DNA of 64,000 bases from Takakia lepidozioides (Eukaryota; Plantae; Bryophyta): NCBI GenBank assembly GCA_030704615.1, contig CM060731.1, positions 4,588,001 through 4,652,000 of the forward strand, written 5' to 3'. Shown here one piece after another: positions 63,219-64,000 of this stretch (position 1 is its first letter; each line of letters opens with the position of its first letter). A program made the translations under genes and the position numbers. Under the pieces are notes generated by a model. The model saw only the letters and a program-made list of their open reading frames with translations. It was not told the DNA's origin and did no database searches.

Positions 63219-64000
63219 CAACGACGCTACCGCGTGAGCCTAGCGCGTGAGCGCGTGAGCGTACGCTCACACAACAATGACCTGGCATGAGCCTACGCTC
63301 ACGCAGCTGACGTGGCGTGAGCCTGGTCCAGGTCATGCCATGTCACCACTAAGAAGGTGGGCCTATAACTGTGGAGCCTACAACTACTGATTTCACCACA
63401 TGAAGGTGAAACGGATGAAGGGTTTCGGGCTTTCCTGGAGTTCAACCTTCTGTTAACAGGAGCTTCATTTCCTAGAACTGAAATGAACGTTGTGTTAACA
63501 CGAGGTTGTTTTCATGGAACAAAAATCAACATCGTTGTTTTCTTAGAACTAAAATCAACCTTGTGTCGACACAAGGTGGATTTGGAGAACTTCAAGTGAA
63601 CCTCGTGTTAACACGAGGTTGATTTGATCATTTGTCTATCTGAAGGTCGTTTCTTGTGTTTGCTAATGAAAACAGAATGACAAACCAATGCGACAAATGC
63701 GTTGACCCACGCATAGCAAAGATGTTGGACGATATACATTGAGAGACACTGGACTTGAACAGTCATTCCATTACAAGTTGTAGTCAAGGAAAACACAGAT
63801 TTCTTCATGTCAAGTGCATGTTGTCTATGGGCTTGTATCCCGCTGTAGAATTGTGTTGACTTTGTTGAAACTCATAGTGGCTTGGTGAATGAAGAAGTCG
63901 CGCTTTGGATCACAAACCATCCTTCTTAAGAAGACGAAGTAAAGGTGTTTGCACGGTATGAACTTCCCTCTCTTTCACAAACTACTTGAAAGCATACCAA
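63219..64000 (-). mobile_element. Second copy (3' end) of the MULE-like GCM/SWIM transposon
   Basis: 64000-63825 on the minus strand reads KRGKFIPCKHLYFVFLRRMVCDPKRDFFIHQATMSF, near-identical to about 3510-3665. Terminus CAACGACGC as at 4315. Confidence 0.85.

Overview
Eukaryotic land-plant nuclear DNA, most likely from a seed-free plant (PLS-type PPR repeats, spliceosomal introns, Tcn1-like and non-chromoviral Gypsy elements). It holds two intact multi-exon host genes on the minus strand: U11/U12 snRNP 35K (12977-16533) and a plastid-type two-domain GST-N/thioredoxin-fold protein (26186-31614). The rest is nested transposons: a GCM/MULE/SWIM DNA-transposon family (3 termini), a conventional chromovirus, two RLE-type LINE remnants, an L1 remnant, a hAT, CACTA ends around scrambled PPR fragments, and two unusual Ty3/Gypsy elements. 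These two elements (16969-24838 and 44523-56407) have unrelated repeat sequences but share a permuted, split-LTR layout: A-internal-B-NN-A-B, with TG...CA outer ends, a 4-bp TSD and an internal palindromic CA-NN-TG junction. That is the expected product if a 2-LTR circle is opened by the DDE integrase at an att site inside the LTR (inference). Each also carries an extra enzyme between protease and RT: a divergent dUTPase in one, and a DNMT3-like C5 cytosine methyltransferase (plus an integrase PHD finger) in the other. All calls come from reading motifs by eye; no searches were run.
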